Source: Podarcis tiliguerta (Eukaryota). From it: DNA of 64,000 bases. Positions 1 through 13,265 of this stretch are shown here, in pieces. The position numbers were made by a program, and so were the translations under genes. The stretch is taken from the NCBI GenBank assembly GCA_965153285.1, contig OZ229110.1. The stretch is one strand, 5' to 3'. The notes beneath the pieces were generated by a model. It had not been told where the DNA came from. It ran no database searches and saw only the letters and a list, made by a program, of their open reading frames with translations. The stretch's first letter is position 1. Every line of letters begins with the position of its first letter.

Positions 1-192
1 CAGACTCCGCTAACCCATAAATATTACCTCGGGTTAAGAACTTTGCTTCAGGATGAGAACAGAAATTGTGCTCCAGCGGCATGGCAGCAGCAGGAGGCCC
101 CATTAGCTAAAGTGGTACCTCAGTTTAAGAACAGTTTCAGGTTAAGAACGGACCTCCGGAATGAATTAAGTACTTAACCCGAGGTACCACTG
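1..192. mobile_element. Tc1/mariner-type (pogo/Tigger-like) MITE, partial copy cut by the window edge
   Basis: Ends ...gaggtaccactg followed by TA. Colinear with the full copies at 9291 and 10945. Confidence 0.85.
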
Positions 193-3184
193 TATATGAG
201 ACTACAAGGGTTCCAGGAGAGCATTCTGGCTACATTCTTAGAGCTACACTTACTTAAGTCCATTGATTTTAATGGTTCTACTTCGAACATGTCTAATGTT
301 GGATATCCCACAGGCTATTTTGTTCATATTTTGGTAGTAGCTGTTTATCTTTCCCATGCAAAAATAAATCAGTTAAGATATGAGTGGATATTTATGCCCA
401 GAGGTCAGAATGAAAGCTGTTTCTGCATCTACTTAGTCTAGGAAATAAAAGATAGCAGCAGACTCATAAAACTGCTCTGCAGGTGATTATGCACTATTCC
501 AACGAGATCAACAGACTCAGAAATAGATCAGTTAAGCTGAATTTTACAAGGGGGAGCCAACGTAATGAATTATGTAATGTGGCATGTGTCTTGGATGCAT
601 TGCAGAAATCACCCCTGTTCCTTTTGAATTTTTCTAGTGATTTAAAATGAAATAAACACAAAGGAATAAATTCCAACCATGAAATGAATAGTAAAACTGC
701 AACTGATCTCAGTGCTTTCAAAGTTGAACCTAGATATTAAAGTTTATGAACTATGTGTGGAGAAGTGTCCTTAGTCTCCACAAGGTTATTTTGGTCTTTG
801 AGGATTTGCTCCTGTTGAATTTGTGAATGGGGGACCCTTGTCAGCTAGCTTGCCCAAAATCCATTCTACTATAGAGTACCGTACTTTTTACGGCTGCATT
901 TTTGAATACTATACAATTATACAGAATATTATTTTAACAGATGTGTGGCTCATTTAAGACCAACTCACATTTTGATTTTACAATAAGGAAATGATCTCTG
1001 GGTCACAAAAATGAAAAAAACAAAGGGTTGCGAAAATGTTTCTTTTCCACAAGGAAAACAAATCTGATGTGTCTTTACACACTGTGGGCACACAATATAT
1101 ATCTGCTTTTTTCTTACAGAGATGCACAGATTTTTCTGTGTGCCAGAAAAACAACAGGTGCAGAACTGCATGACTTTTATATTAAAACAAAAGCAAAAGA
1201 ATAGACTGGTAAATATAATGTGTATGAACATTTAAATTTAGAACCTGTTTTGGAGATTTCAAAATTTCAGAGATTTACCAGCAAGTCAGACCTCTATGCT
1301 GCCACTTTCAATGTGGTTGTAGAAATTCCTGCATCTGCCTTACACAGATAAAATTTGAGTATGTTCCAAAACCTACAGAAATAAAACATTAAAGGGTTCT
1401 TCTTTTACCAGGCAAACATCTCTACTCAGAATTAAGTACCACAGAAATCAACAAGACTTGCTCCCAGGTAAGTAGGTATAGGATTGCTGCCCTTAATCTC
1501 ATGCATGGTTGGCAGAGATGGGTAGGCCCAAGGCCTTTTAGAAAAAACTAGTTTTTCTAAACTAAACTAAACCTGCATTAACATTTGAAAAACAACAACA
1601 ACAATTGGCAATTTGTGCTCTTTATGAGCATCCAAAATTTGCTGCCTGCCTTGCTCTCTTTAACTATAGAGTCAGTTAGCCCTGTGAAGAACATCTTGAG
1701 GAGCTAGACATATTATTAAGAACTCAATAGAAGCTATTATAACTAGGTGGCTGAATCCTGATAAAACTGTTCTTAAGCATCTTCACAGGAACACTACATA
1801 CATTTCTTCACACAACAAAAGCAAGTTTGCACAACCATTTTTTTAAAAAATCACTACTGAACCCCTGTCTACGTTATGATGTGACGTTACACGCTGCCAG
1901 TTTAGGCTCAGGCTGCATATTTGGATGCCAAGTGAAAGACAGGTCATGCAAGTTGTTTATGTCACATAAAAGTCAGCTCAGCTTACATAAATGTTTAGGG
2001 AAATTTAACACACTAATTCTGCAGTACCCAAGCATAGTGTGAATTTTATCGATATCCCGTATTAACTGGCCTTTAAATCTCCTGCTGGCTTCATTCATAA
2101 CAGATGTTGAGAAGAGCCACAGAGGTGTATTTGACTTCACTTTCAGGCTGGTACTGCCATCTTCAGTAACTATAACTAAGGTCTATAATGAATGGCAGAG
2201 CTGAGGAGAAATGCCAGGTGCACCCAGAGACCTGATATTTTTGCAGACCTGGACAATGCTAGCCGTTTTAAATTTATACTGCCAGTAGCGCAGCGAATGC
2301 ATAGTTGCGGCTCAACGGGCGCACAGGATCTAGACATTTCCCATCAACTATTCCTTTTATTCCAGAGACTTTCACAACATGCAGCCAGTGCTCCTGCTGT
2401 AAATAGAGGTGTATAGTCCCAGTTAGCAAAGTCATTGTCATTGGAATACAGTTCCAAGTGTGTCACAAGACAATATCTTGTTTCAAGCTTTCCTCTAGTC
2501 CTCTTTTCTGTTTCCACTTCATTTCTTCAATTCTTTTTATCTCCATTCTTTCTCCTTCTCTCCCCACTCACTGTTCTTAGCCCATTTCTGATTCCTTTTC
2601 TCCCCTTGGTGGCTGTGCCCCTCAGACCTCTTCTTACTTTCAGATGGGTATTTATAATGGGATGTGTGCTCCTCATGCACACTTTTTTTATTTATGTCAT
2701 TGTTTGCAGTCATCCACACAAGATCATTGGCATCAAAATTCCTCTCCACATTTTTATACCATTTAAGCCAGATTCATAGGGGGGGTGGGGCGATTTGGTA
2801 TGCTAAAAAAAGAAGAACTTGTTACAAATCACCCATTTCCAGTATCTAAATATTTACAGTATTAAGCCACTTTCTGGGGCTTAACCTCGAATTCCACTCA
2901 TGCAAAGCCCCACCATCAGCAGAGTGAGGTGGTCATTTCAGGCAGATAAATGATGCCAAGTGTCATGAAAGAAAAGCAAACTGATAGTTATTTAACTTAT
3001 CATTGTTGTATTTTCACTCCCAGGAAAATACCTATGCTTTGGGGATTTTCTGGCTCAAGTACCAAAATATTCCTGGCCAGCCTTTGGTACTATGTACTGT
3101 GGCATGAAGAAGGGTTCTGTTGACAAGTAGATAACAAACTGGCAAGAGACCTTTGCGGAGAGACTGCATTTTATACAGGGATTT

Positions 3185-3423
3185 CAATTAACGCCACCAA
3201 CTTGGGACAGCATTAAAAGGTGGTTAAACAAATTCATGGAGGATAAGGCTATCAATGGCAACTAGCCATAACAGCTCTATTACTTGCAGTATGCCTTAGT
3301 TTTCTGGGAATCACAAAGGAGAGTGCTACTCTACTCATATTTTGCTTGCATTTGGTTGGTCACTGTGATGAACAGAATGCCCCTTTTGTTTGACCCAGTA
3401 GGGTTCCTCTTATGCTCATATGA
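3185..3423 (+). mobile_element. CR1-like LINE 3' remnant
   Basis: ttaaacaaattcatggaggataaggctatcaatggcaactagcca...ttggtcactgtgatgaacagaatg...cttatg. The same family occurs at 41547-41760 and 42620-43210. Confidence 0.55.
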
Positions 3424-5375
3424 ACTGCAGCTCCTTAGTGATATGTATCTGTCTGACAATAATTTTGCTCCAAATAAGAGTAAGTCTGTAGTGTAATATA
3501 ATCAGTATAGCAATTAATAAATAACTGGTTTCTATGCTTGTAAAACATTGAAAGCCTATTTTGACATAAAGTGATTTATACTAAAGAAATAAACAATCAA
3601 CTACATAATTAAAAGGGGTCCTTTAAATGCTTCTCCAACAGCTTTGAAAGCTGCTCTTCTGTGAGTCATGAGCCATATTTAGATAAGACAAACACAAGGG
3701 TGGGATGATTGTATGCGTCTTCCCCATAGAATTATCATTACCACAATGCTCAGTCCCACACAATCAGCCTCTATCCACATGGTTGTTAATATCCAAGCAA
3801 AGTATGAGTTGCTCAAACCAAAGGTGGCTCTCATATATATACAGCAATGTTTTGGCCCCACAATTAATTTCTTTCTGCTAAGTTAAATGACAAAGAAAAC
3901 TCTCCCTCCTTTGCAAATCTGGAAAATGATCATGTCCCAAAAGTATATGCCGTGAAGCAATGGGAGAAGAAACTGTCTCCTTCAAAGATCTTAAGGAAGA
4001 GCACAGGTGACTATTTCATTTGTATCCAATGCCTTAAGTAGAACAAAGAGACAAGGCAATTCGTTTTTCTTCTTATAAATTAAAAAGAGCCATTAAATGG
4101 AAATCATTTTCCATTTTAAAGTAGCACAAATCATTGGGTTTTAGTTTTTTTCTTAATTCCAGTTGATGGGAATAACCCACATCCTAACTTTCAGTTACAT
4201 CTTCAATTTGCACCTATGTACGTATTAAATTTTGCAAAGAGAAGGAAAAGAATTTGACCCGCTAATGTTAAAGGTCTATTCACAGGATTGTGGAAAGTAA
4301 TTACTCATGTCAACAGAAAAAGTATCTTTAAAGTAACCAATTTGTACTCAAAACCCTACAGACTTGCCACCTTACTGTGCTTTTATCAGTCTCTTGGCTA
4401 CCTGGAACATGGACATCATAGAAGAGCTTCACTTGATTGCTGTATGCCTAAGTATCTCATGGATGCACCCCCAGGTCACAATTCTTTGCTTTCATCTTGC
4501 CTATGCAGAAGGAACATTCGGTTTAATGCACTTACAGTTAACCATCCTCATGGAATATTTACTGCTGATAACTATTATGAAACTTCTTTCAAAACAAAAA
4601 ATCTTGTCCGACAAAAATCTAAATAGCAAAGGATGCTCACCACAACTTTCCAAATTATTCACCTCATAACTAAGCCATAACATTGTGCTGTAATTTTATG
4701 GATGAGAAACTTTCATCTAACTGCATCAGCCATATAACTTATTCACATGAGGATCTACGAGTAAAGACCTGGTTGTTAATTAGATCCTATTTACAGGATT
4801 CAAAAATGAGCAAGTTGCATGGATGGCCTATGCAGACAAGGATACAACCATTCAAGGTTAAATACTCAAGTCCGAGTGATTTCCATAAAAGAGGGCTAAG
4901 CTCATGTATCACTCTCCCCTACGTAAATGAATAGGATTTATAAACTGCATAATGTTGGATGACTTGTGCCCAAAGAGTTTCCCATTTGTGGATCGTACTT
5001 ATTAATCACTCCAAAGCACATTTGATGTAAAGTGCTTTACAGACTTGTTTTCAATACCCTAGTGAAATAAACTGCTTAATTCCTTTCTGACTAGTGAAAG
5101 ATCCAAGCTGACATAAAGGGGATCATATGTGCAGATGCAAGTCCCAACCACCTAACTACCATAAAAGCTTATTCCAGCAGCCACCTAAGCACAGGTGTTC
5201 TGATGGATCTGCCCCCTTAGTCCTAAAACTAGCTATAGCTAGAATATCAAATACAAGCTCAAATTATGCAATCTTGGTAGTGTATCTGTAGAAGTAAAGA
5301 TATTTCCTTCACAGACATCTCCAAAAGAGTGCCTACCAGACTGACCCTAAAGATGCTTTACTTTAGGAAGTAACA

Positions 5376-5460
5376 GCACAATCCCTAAGCATATTGACTC
5401 AAAAGTTCTGTTGAATTCAATGGGGCTTACTCCAAGGTAAGTGCTGTTGGGATTGCAGTC
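5376..5460. repeat. Representative copy of an abundant ~85-bp palindromic dispersed repeat (caatcc...ggattg termini)
   Basis: Related copies at about 230-305, 1413-1490, 4845-4940, 15655-15750, 20317-20405, 35710-35800, 47412-47490, 47908-48000 and 55332-55415. Confidence 0.6.
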
Positions 5461-7860
5461 TAAATCATGCTAAATTTAGTGCAACTTACTAAGTATGCCT
5501 TACACCTGCAGGGTTTAGACACAGATTAGGATAAGGGGCATTACTGAAATGTTGAATTTTCATTTCAACTAGGGAAGCAATAACTAAAAAAAAAACTATT
5601 TAGAAATTTAACTTCCTTCAAAATCATATAAAGCAAAGAGTCTATTTAAAAAACTCTGTAAACAGGTGGGAAGAGAACAAAAGAAACAAGCAAAAAGCCC
5701 AAACCATTCCTGCTTAATTCCTTTTTTTAAAAAGAAATTTTCCTAATTCTCCTAACTGCACATACAGGATTGACAACCCTAAAGAACTATTCCTATTAAG
5801 GCACCCTTTTTAATTAAGATGGCCCCCACTGCAACCAATGTAGCAAGTATTTGTTAAGAGAGAAAGACATAAGGATAGCAGCCCACATGCATCCATTTCT
5901 TCCTTCTGCAGGCTTTCAACATTATGATCAGACTGCCCTAAAAAGCAGTTTGCTCCAGTTAAGTCTCAATTAAAGTGTGTTCTAGAAGACAGGAAGCTAA
6001 AGGGGGCGGGTAATCAGATGTGCATAGAAGGTTCTTTTTCCCCATCCCTCTTGAACAGGAGTACTCTGACAAATCACTATTATAAATGCCAGAATTAAGC
6101 AGATTGCTCCCCACCATGTGAAATGAAAGCATTCTGGAAACCAGCTGTTTGTACTCCCCTTCGTCTCTGTCAAAGAAACCCTTAGGGACCTGATCTCTTG
6201 CATTCTATAAAGTGGTGTGCAGTGGGTTTCCCTAAAGCTCTCCACTGTTAGTACTTAAAATCCTCTCCACCTTCTTCGTAAGCAAACAAAAAGAAGGATG
6301 GATGTCTAGGAAGATTTCCCAAACTTTTCATTTCCTGAATTTTTGTTAGATTAAAGCCTATAAAATAGAAATAATAATCAAAAAGAGCAAGTGAACTCAT
6401 CTCCGGGAAGCAACAGAAAGTTAATGTCCAGAACGTTTCCGGCACTCATCTGGAAAGGGGAACAGAGAGATTTCTCACTGAGAACAAGACTTGGAAAAGC
6501 AAGACCACTTGTCATACACACAGCGCCCTGAACTGTTAGTAGCCGATTAATGGTGGCTGTTTTCTTTCTTTCATCAAGGCCATTGTGATGAGCTAGGATC
6601 ACTGCATCCGATTTCAATATCTCCAGCTGATCTTATCCTTGAGCGTTTTCCCTCCCTATATTTTATCCTCCTCCTGTTATCAGACATAACAGTTTCAGTG
6701 AAAAGCCAAGCTAACTGCATGTCCGTGGCTGAGAAGACAATAAAAGAGTGCCACCCATGTGCAAAGCCCAGAAACAGGCACTCCCGCTTTTCTGGGAGGA
6801 GAAATCCCTGGTGGAATAACGCTCATCTTAAAACGAACGCACACGCGCGCGCACCCTCGTTGTCTTGCGAGCCTCGACAAGGAGATTATCTACCTCTGGC
6901 AGGTAGAAGTCACCTGCTTTTTTCAGCGTGCTCACAGGAGGGAATGAATGAATCCTTAAACTGGTGCTTGCGTTATATGAACACATCAATTTACAAATCA
7001 TAAAAGGCTTGACAAAGGGGGATCAGAAGGCTAGGGCGGGGGGGGGACGTTGTGGGTCTGGGGTTTGCAGTAACGACTGATAAACGTAAGCAGCTTGCTC
7101 AGCTGCCTCTCCTTCCACCGCGCGCCGCCGCTGCCACCGAAGCGGTCCGGTGCCTCCCAAAACAGATTGGCTGGGGTGGGGCTTAAGCAGGACTTGCAAC
7201 GTCCTGAGAGAGCTACTGCCATTGCAATGCAAAGTTTCCGAGTTCCGCCTCGCAAGCCGCGGCAAAAACCGGGAAAAGGCGGTTGGATGGGGCAGGTGGC
7301 GGCGCCCTGGGATCGCGGGTCTCCTCCTGGACCTCCAAGGTAGCCAGAGATACTATCGGGATCTCTTTTCCTCCCACTTTCCAGCCCTTGGGCTTTTGCT
7401 CCCTCCTCCCCAAAAGCCACAATCCATAACGGTCGCTTTTCAGCACAAAATCGATTACCTTAAAGATAGAACACCCCACCCCTTTCCTCTCTGTCCCCTT
7501 GATCCTCGCCGTCATTCACTCACACGCAGCCCAGTTTCTGCGCTAACTCGCGGCTGGAGGACTAGAGCAAGAATAGTCCCCGGTCCCACTTTTCAAAAAG
7601 AGAGGAGAGAGAGATAGCACCTTTAGGGGAAGAGATCGGCTCCTCCACAATAGCTATCTATTGTCTTTGCAACAGATACACCGAATGCGTGAGCGGGGAT
7701 TATTTCCTATTAATATATTCTCCTCCGTGATGACCCCCGTGCCCGTCGCGAGCAGCGCCTTTGCAGCTGCTTCGCACCTCCCTTTCCGTGCAAGGCTGCT
7801 GGGGCGGGGATGCCCCCCCCCCAAAAAAAAAATCTCCGTCCGCCACCCCTTCTGCCTTAC

Positions 7861-7909
7861 CTGTTCTCGCAGCTGCCAGGCAAACCCAAACGCCTACAAT
7901 TACATCCAT
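7861..7909 (-). CDS. NELL1: NELL1 first coding exon (signal peptide), 49 coding nt
   Basis: ATG at 7909 gives MDVIVGVWVCLAAART plus a phase-1 G, then donor CAG|gtaagg at 7860. It resembles mammalian NELL1 exon 1 (MPMDLILVVWFCVCTART), sits in a CpG island, and lies downstream of SLC6A5 on the same strand as in mammals. Confidence 0.88.
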
Positions 7910-8473
7910 CTGGGCTGGTCGCGCTGTATTCCCCGTTGAGATCCCGGCGCAAGGCAGAGCCTGGCTCTAGCACTCTTCGGAGCTGCGGAGCCTCCAAACT
8001 TGAAGCGCTCGTTTTGCCAGGGCTTCGAATAGAAAGAGAGATGGGGAGGGAGGGAGGAAGGGGGGAGGAAGAAGAGAGCGCGAGAGACAGCGGCACACAA
8101 CCAGCGGCCAGAGCTGCTACCCTGGAAGAGCCCACGTGTTCTCCTCGGGGATGATCCCGGCTCTGGTTGCCTTTCCCCCGCGGGGCTCCGCGGCGCACGC
8201 CCAGCCTGACGCTCAATCTTTGTTCAGCTCTTTCTCCTCCGCCGCCCCCGCCGCCTCCAGTTGCCTCCGCCTGCCGCCAGGAGAGTGGCACCGTGAGCTC
8301 ATCGCTTGAGCGGATCCCCCTCTTGGCGCCTAATGGATCAGTCTGAAGCACGACCAACCCCCTCTAAAGAGGGAGGCAAAGGCATCTTCGGAAAGAACCT
8401 GGGCAAGTGAACAGGAAGGGAGGCTGTCCAAAGAGCCGTCCAACTTACTCCGAAAAAGAGAGAGAGGAGTCGT

Positions 8474-8496
8474 CTGCTGCTGCTGCTGCTGCTGCT
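8474..8496. repeat. (CTG)n microsatellite, (CAG)n on the NELL1 strand
   Basis: ctgctgctgctgctgctgctgct. Confidence 0.9.
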
Positions 8497-8944
8497 ATAA
8501 TTCGTCTTGCGTGATAAATAAGGGCGCTTCGACGGCGGCGGGGAGGGGGGGACAAAACAGTATCGCTTTATTCGGGTTAATTGATAAGGCTCCGAGCCCC
8601 ACTGTCTCCCTTTCCATCCATGTGTTTATATACCTGCCAAATGAGGACACGCCATACGTCTGTTAAAGTAGTAGAATCTGGACTACGAAATGCGATAGTC
8701 CAAGATGTTTTGTTTTCCCTGTCTGCCTGCCCCTGGGAATATACCTAAGAACAAAATATCGGAGGACAAGGGGGTGGGTCGGCTTGAATATCTGGATCGT
8801 CCTGCCAAGTAGCAGAGAAGATTTTACTGCCGGTCATCTGCTGCTGAGCGGGAACATAGCTGCCTGTATCCATCCAGCCATTGACACCATTTAGAAATAT
8901 TGATTAATAATAGATAAGCAGTGAAAGACTGCAAACAGCCAACC

Positions 8945-9082
8945 CAGGCGTAGGCAAACTGCAGCCCTCCAGATGTTTTGAGACTACAATTCCCATCATC
9001 CCTTAACACTGGTCCTGTTCGCTAGGGATGATGGGAATTGCAATTCCAAAACATCTGGAGGGCCGGAGTTTGCCTATGCCTG
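8945..9082. mobile_element. Palindromic hAT-like MITE (138 bp)
   Basis: Long inverted repeat caggcgtaggcaaact...ccctccagatgtttt / aaaacatctggagggc...agtttgcctatgcctg. Degenerate 8-bp TSD agccaacc/agcttacc. Confidence 0.8.
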
Positions 9083-9097
9083 AGCTTACCTTTTAAC

Positions 9098-9215
9098 CCA
9101 GGGATGGGGGGACCTACACCTCCCCAAAGGTGGTTGGATTACAATTCACATATCCCCAACCATTGGTCATGCTGGCCTGGGGCTGATGAGAATTGGACTC
9201 CAGCCACACTTCTCT
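9098..9215. mobile_element. Degenerate copy of the palindromic hAT-like MITE family
   Basis: cagggatggggggacc...tacaattc...cattggtcatgctggcctggggctgatgagaattg resembles the copies at 8945 and 38340. Confidence 0.6.
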
Positions 9216-9290
9216 GCTTTGACCACCTCGGTTTCTTGGCCCTATTCATTTTTATTCAGAAGTAAGCCACACTGGGTTAAATGGGACTTA

Positions 9291-9516
9291 CAGTGGTACC
9301 TCGGGTTACATATGCTTCAGGTTACAGACTCCGCTAACCCAGAAATAGTGCTTCAGGTTAAGAACTTTGCTTCAGGATGAGAGCAGAAATCGTGCTCTGG
9401 CGGCGCGGCAGCAGCAGGAGGCCCCATTAGCTAAAGTGGTGCTTCAGGTTAAGAACAGTTTCAGGTTAAGTACGGACCTCCGGAACGAATTAAGTACTTA
9501 ACCTGAGGTACCACTG
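9291..9516. mobile_element. Tc1/mariner-type MITE, full copy (226 bp)
   Basis: TIRs cagtggtacctc...gaggtaccactg, TA target-site duplication at 9289-90 and 9517-18, and a repeated internal tcaggtta motif. Confidence 0.9.
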
Positions 9517-10944
9517 TAGTTCCAAACATGTGTATGTGGGCATGCATCTTGCTGTGACTTGTTTTATATTTTAAAAAAAAAAAATCAAAATTCAGCAAAC
9601 AGTGCCATGATCAGTTTGGCACAACTGTGTTCCATTGACTTCAGCAAGAATTGTGTGCGCACAGAAGTTGTAACCAATAACTTGTAACCAAGGAATATGA
9701 AACCCTGCTCAGCAGCAGCAGGGCTGTAAGCAAGCTTTCTGTAGAGGTTCAAATAAGAGAATTCATTCAGTGCGTTCCTAAGCACAGAAGTAAATTCTTT
9801 TAAGATCAATTGAGCTTAATGGATCCATTGTTCTTAACAGATCCATTGAACTAAACACCTATTAAGTAAGCTTAGCATTTGCAGTCTTAGGAGGCAGGGA
9901 AGCCGCAATGAAAACACTTCTTCACCATCCAAAACCACCAGCAATTTTGATACAGCTAACCGTTAATTGATTGCATTTGTCATTTTCTTGCATTATTAGC
10001 AGCAGTTTTGTGTGATTCAGAGTAGATCAGGAATATGTGGAGAATGAAAACAGTTTTAGGAATCTGCAAGCAAATGACACACAATGTAAGCATATTCTTC
10101 CTGCTCTCTACTTGTTGTGCTCATTCTGCAACAGCTGGTTCTGTTTGCATATAGCTGGAATACAGAACATGGCAATCACAACCTTCAAGGTTTTTTGCAG
10201 CCTTTGTATTCTGAGGAACTTTTCAGATTTACAAATAAAATAGGAGCATTAGTTTCTTGGCATATATTCCAAATTCTACACCACATAGTTTGACTTTAAA
10301 TAATTGGTTTGGCAGCCCTAACTAAAACTGACAATTTGCTTCCAATGCAGAGCAAAAGAACTAAAATGAGGTGTTTTTTTAAGGGGGGTGGGGAAGAAAC
10401 AAAGATTTTATGAAACACGAAAATCCAATTTACAAGCAGTACATTATGTATTCCCCAGCAAAGGCTTGTGAATTCATTAATATCACTGTGAATCCATTAA
10501 TATCACAGTGACAAGGAGTCCTGCAAACCTAAAGTAAACTTTGCAAACTGAAAGTTGCTGGCAATTGCACCATGCATTGGATAAAATTCGTCATATTCAA
10601 AGTTTGCTGCAGATTCTCTTGTGTATGCTAGTAGTAGCAGTATGTTTTTAGTTTCAGAGGACGGGCTTGGAATTTATCTTAAGCATTTATATCAAACCCT
10701 TCAACATTAACATTTCCAATCCAATTAAAAGACTTCTTTGTGTTCCTCGCCCACCTTGCCTCAAATGACAGGGAAACCTGGAGAAGGGCCTCAGAAGAAA
10801 ATCTTAATTGCAGAAAGACAACTTGCCCACAGTTCCTAAACTTTCTTTATAGTGCACACCTAAAGTTTGGTCTGAATCATGTTAGGGATGGGCTTTGCAT
10901 GCACACTCCTCCACAGTTTGGGTTGAGGTGAATGCCCATGACTA

Positions 10945-11175
10945 CAGTGTTCCCTCAGGTTACATACGCTTCAGGTTACATACGCTTCAGGTTACAGACT
11001 CTGCTAACCCAGAAATAGTACCTCAGGTTAAGAACTTTGCTTTGGGATAAGAACAGAAATTGCACGGCGGCAGCAGGAGGCCCCATTAGCTAAAGTGGTG
11101 CTTCAGGTTAAGAACAGTTTCAGATTAAGAACAGACCTCCAGAACGAATTAAGTACTTAACCTGAGGTACCACTG
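10945..11175. mobile_element. Tc1/mariner-type MITE, third copy
   Basis: Same family, flanked by TA on both sides. Internal tandem duplication of tcaggttacatacgct. Confidence 0.9.
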
Positions 11176-12879
11176 TATAGCAAAATGGTTATGTGGCGGC
11201 AGCTTATACTGTTTCCTGTGCCTGCTTTGCACTCAGGTTTCTGCCTCTTCTACCTAACCATGAGTCCCTTGGCATGTGTTCCTCCTCGGACTTTTTCTAC
11301 TTAGCATACAGAGAATGAAGACAAAGCCAAGCCTGGTGCTCCTGTCCACCATGACCATTTGGTTTCTGGCCCAGAGTTCACCCTGCCTTTCCCCCCTTCC
11401 TCCATAACAAATTTAGCAGTGAAAATCCATCTCCTTACCTCAGCAGCTCCTTTGAGAGGCCCCTCTTAAAAGAATTTCACCAGGTGTTGCCTTTCTCATC
11501 ATAGTTTGCAATAATGGGAGAAACTGCACCTGGAGGAATTTTCCTTCCTGGGCTTCTCTTAAAGGCACAGGTGCCTTAGCAAGTTTCGTTCTGTCAGCTG
11601 TATGTTCCCCAGGGTTGTCTGGCCCTGAAAAGTATCCGATCTTCTTGCCACCTTTTCCTGGCCTTCCTCCTGTAGTTTTCAGGACAGGCTGATGTAAAGA
11701 AAATAAGAGGGGAAGATGTTTCCCACCACCACCACCAATTTATCATTAGGAGAAGCTTCACTAGTTCAATTCCCCCACCCCAAACCTAGTGTTAAAGGTA
11801 AAGGAACAATATTCATCGACTGAGTGGGAAGTCAAGGAACAATACTTGTTCGCAGCCCTTCACAATCCCATCCTTGTTGAGGTTTGCCTTATGGAAATCA
11901 GTGCTGGGGAAAGCAGCATCTTCATAGTTGCACATTTCAGCCAGTCATGAGGCAAAACATCCCTGTCAGGAAAATATGACAGAGATCTCTAAGCATCCAC
12001 CTATTAGGGATGTTGCAGCGGTGGACTTCCTTCACTAGGTGATTGGACTAGGTGACTTCTAGAGACCTTCCAACCTTTTGATTCTATTTTTGTATAACAT
12101 TTGTGGATAGCCTCACCTTCTCCATGTCTCACTGGTTTGGTTTACTTAGGCAATATAGCTCCCGTTTTATATTCTCTGTGTGATGGAACTGCTGGTGTGC
12201 TGAGCTAGGATTCTACAGAGGCCAGTATCAATTGTATACATTTGAATATATGGTGTTTTTTCCAACAAATTGGGGAAGACTTATGATGTCCACAACTGAA
12301 GTCATAATGTGATGCTTTCTAAAGTCACAGTTCAAGTCGGGGAAGAAAAACATAGGAAGCTGCCTTTACCAAGTCAGGCCATTTTATTTATTTTATTCCA
12401 TAAAATTTATATGCCACTTGATTGTAGAAAAAGCCTCAAAGCCATTGATGAATCCGACCCAATATTGTCTTCATTGACTGGAAGTGATTGTCCAGGAGTT
12501 CAGATAGGAATCTTTGCCAGCCTTAACTCATGATTCCTTGGGATCTTTTGTATGTAAAGCTCTACACACTTCATTGAGTTATTATACAAAGCCAGGCCAT
12601 TGGTCCAACTGGTTCCATATTGTTTACACTAAGGTGCAGCACTTTCCAAGGTTTTTGGGGTTTTTTATTTTGGCATGGGGAGAGGGATTAGCCAGGGTCT
12701 TTCCTAGCCCTACCTGAAAATACAAGAGATGGAACCTGGAGTCTTCTGTACTCTTGAGCTCTGCCCCTCCCCTTAAATCCTTCTTTAAAAGTGTGTTTTT
12801 ACTCTAGGGGGTGGAAGTCGCACTAGTGTTTGATTATACTGACATGAGTGGTAAATCAACCCCTAAGCATTGTGAGTTT

Positions 12880-12970
12880 TAGCAGGTTAGGGAGGTTGGA
12901 CTTCGTTTGGAGAGACCCGGGTTCAAATTTCCATTTGGCCATTAGTTTATTGGGTGACTTTGGTCGTTGT
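12880..12970 (+). mobile_element. Degenerate MIR/Ther1-like (Squam3-like) SINE fragment
   Basis: ggttagggaggttggact...gagacccgggttcaaatttcc...gggtgactttgg. A similar remnant lies at ~55050-55190. Confidence 0.5.
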
Positions 12971-13265
12971 GACTGTGTACAAATCACTAATCTGAAAAGC
13001 AGCAATGTCAGCCCTTTTCCCGATTCAAATCAAAGTTGGTTTTGAGGAAAATGCATCAAAATGCAGTATTTCATAAGAAATGGCAGCATAGTTGTAGGAT
13101 AGATATATGGATTGTGGCTAATATCATGTGTACACCACTTCTCAAACCAATAGTGGGAGCGTACTGGATGCCAAGTAAACAGGAGTGTATACACAGTCTG
13201 TGTCTCAGTGTCACCAGCACAGTTTTTGTGTAGGTAAACAAAAGGACCAGGTATGCTTTCTAGAA

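Larger units (their letters stand above)
7030..8650 (-). promoter_or_regulatory. CpG island / NELL1 promoter and 5' region
   Basis: Abrupt rise in GC and CpG (cgcgcgccgccg, gccgcccccgccgcc, gacggcggcgggg) against an AT-rich, CpG-depleted background. It surrounds the NELL1 start exon. A minus-strand TATATAAA lies at 8625-8632. Confidence 0.85.

Noticed and set aside
1-7860. NELL1 exon 2
   Set aside because: I found no minus-strand sequence encoding a GFGMDPDLQ-like peptide, so the region is treated as intron 1.
7023-8357. Many overlapping 60-166 aa ORFs on both strands
   Set aside because: These are expected from stop-codon scarcity in a GC-rich CpG island. The translations are low-complexity with no recognisable domain; only 7861-7909 has coding support.
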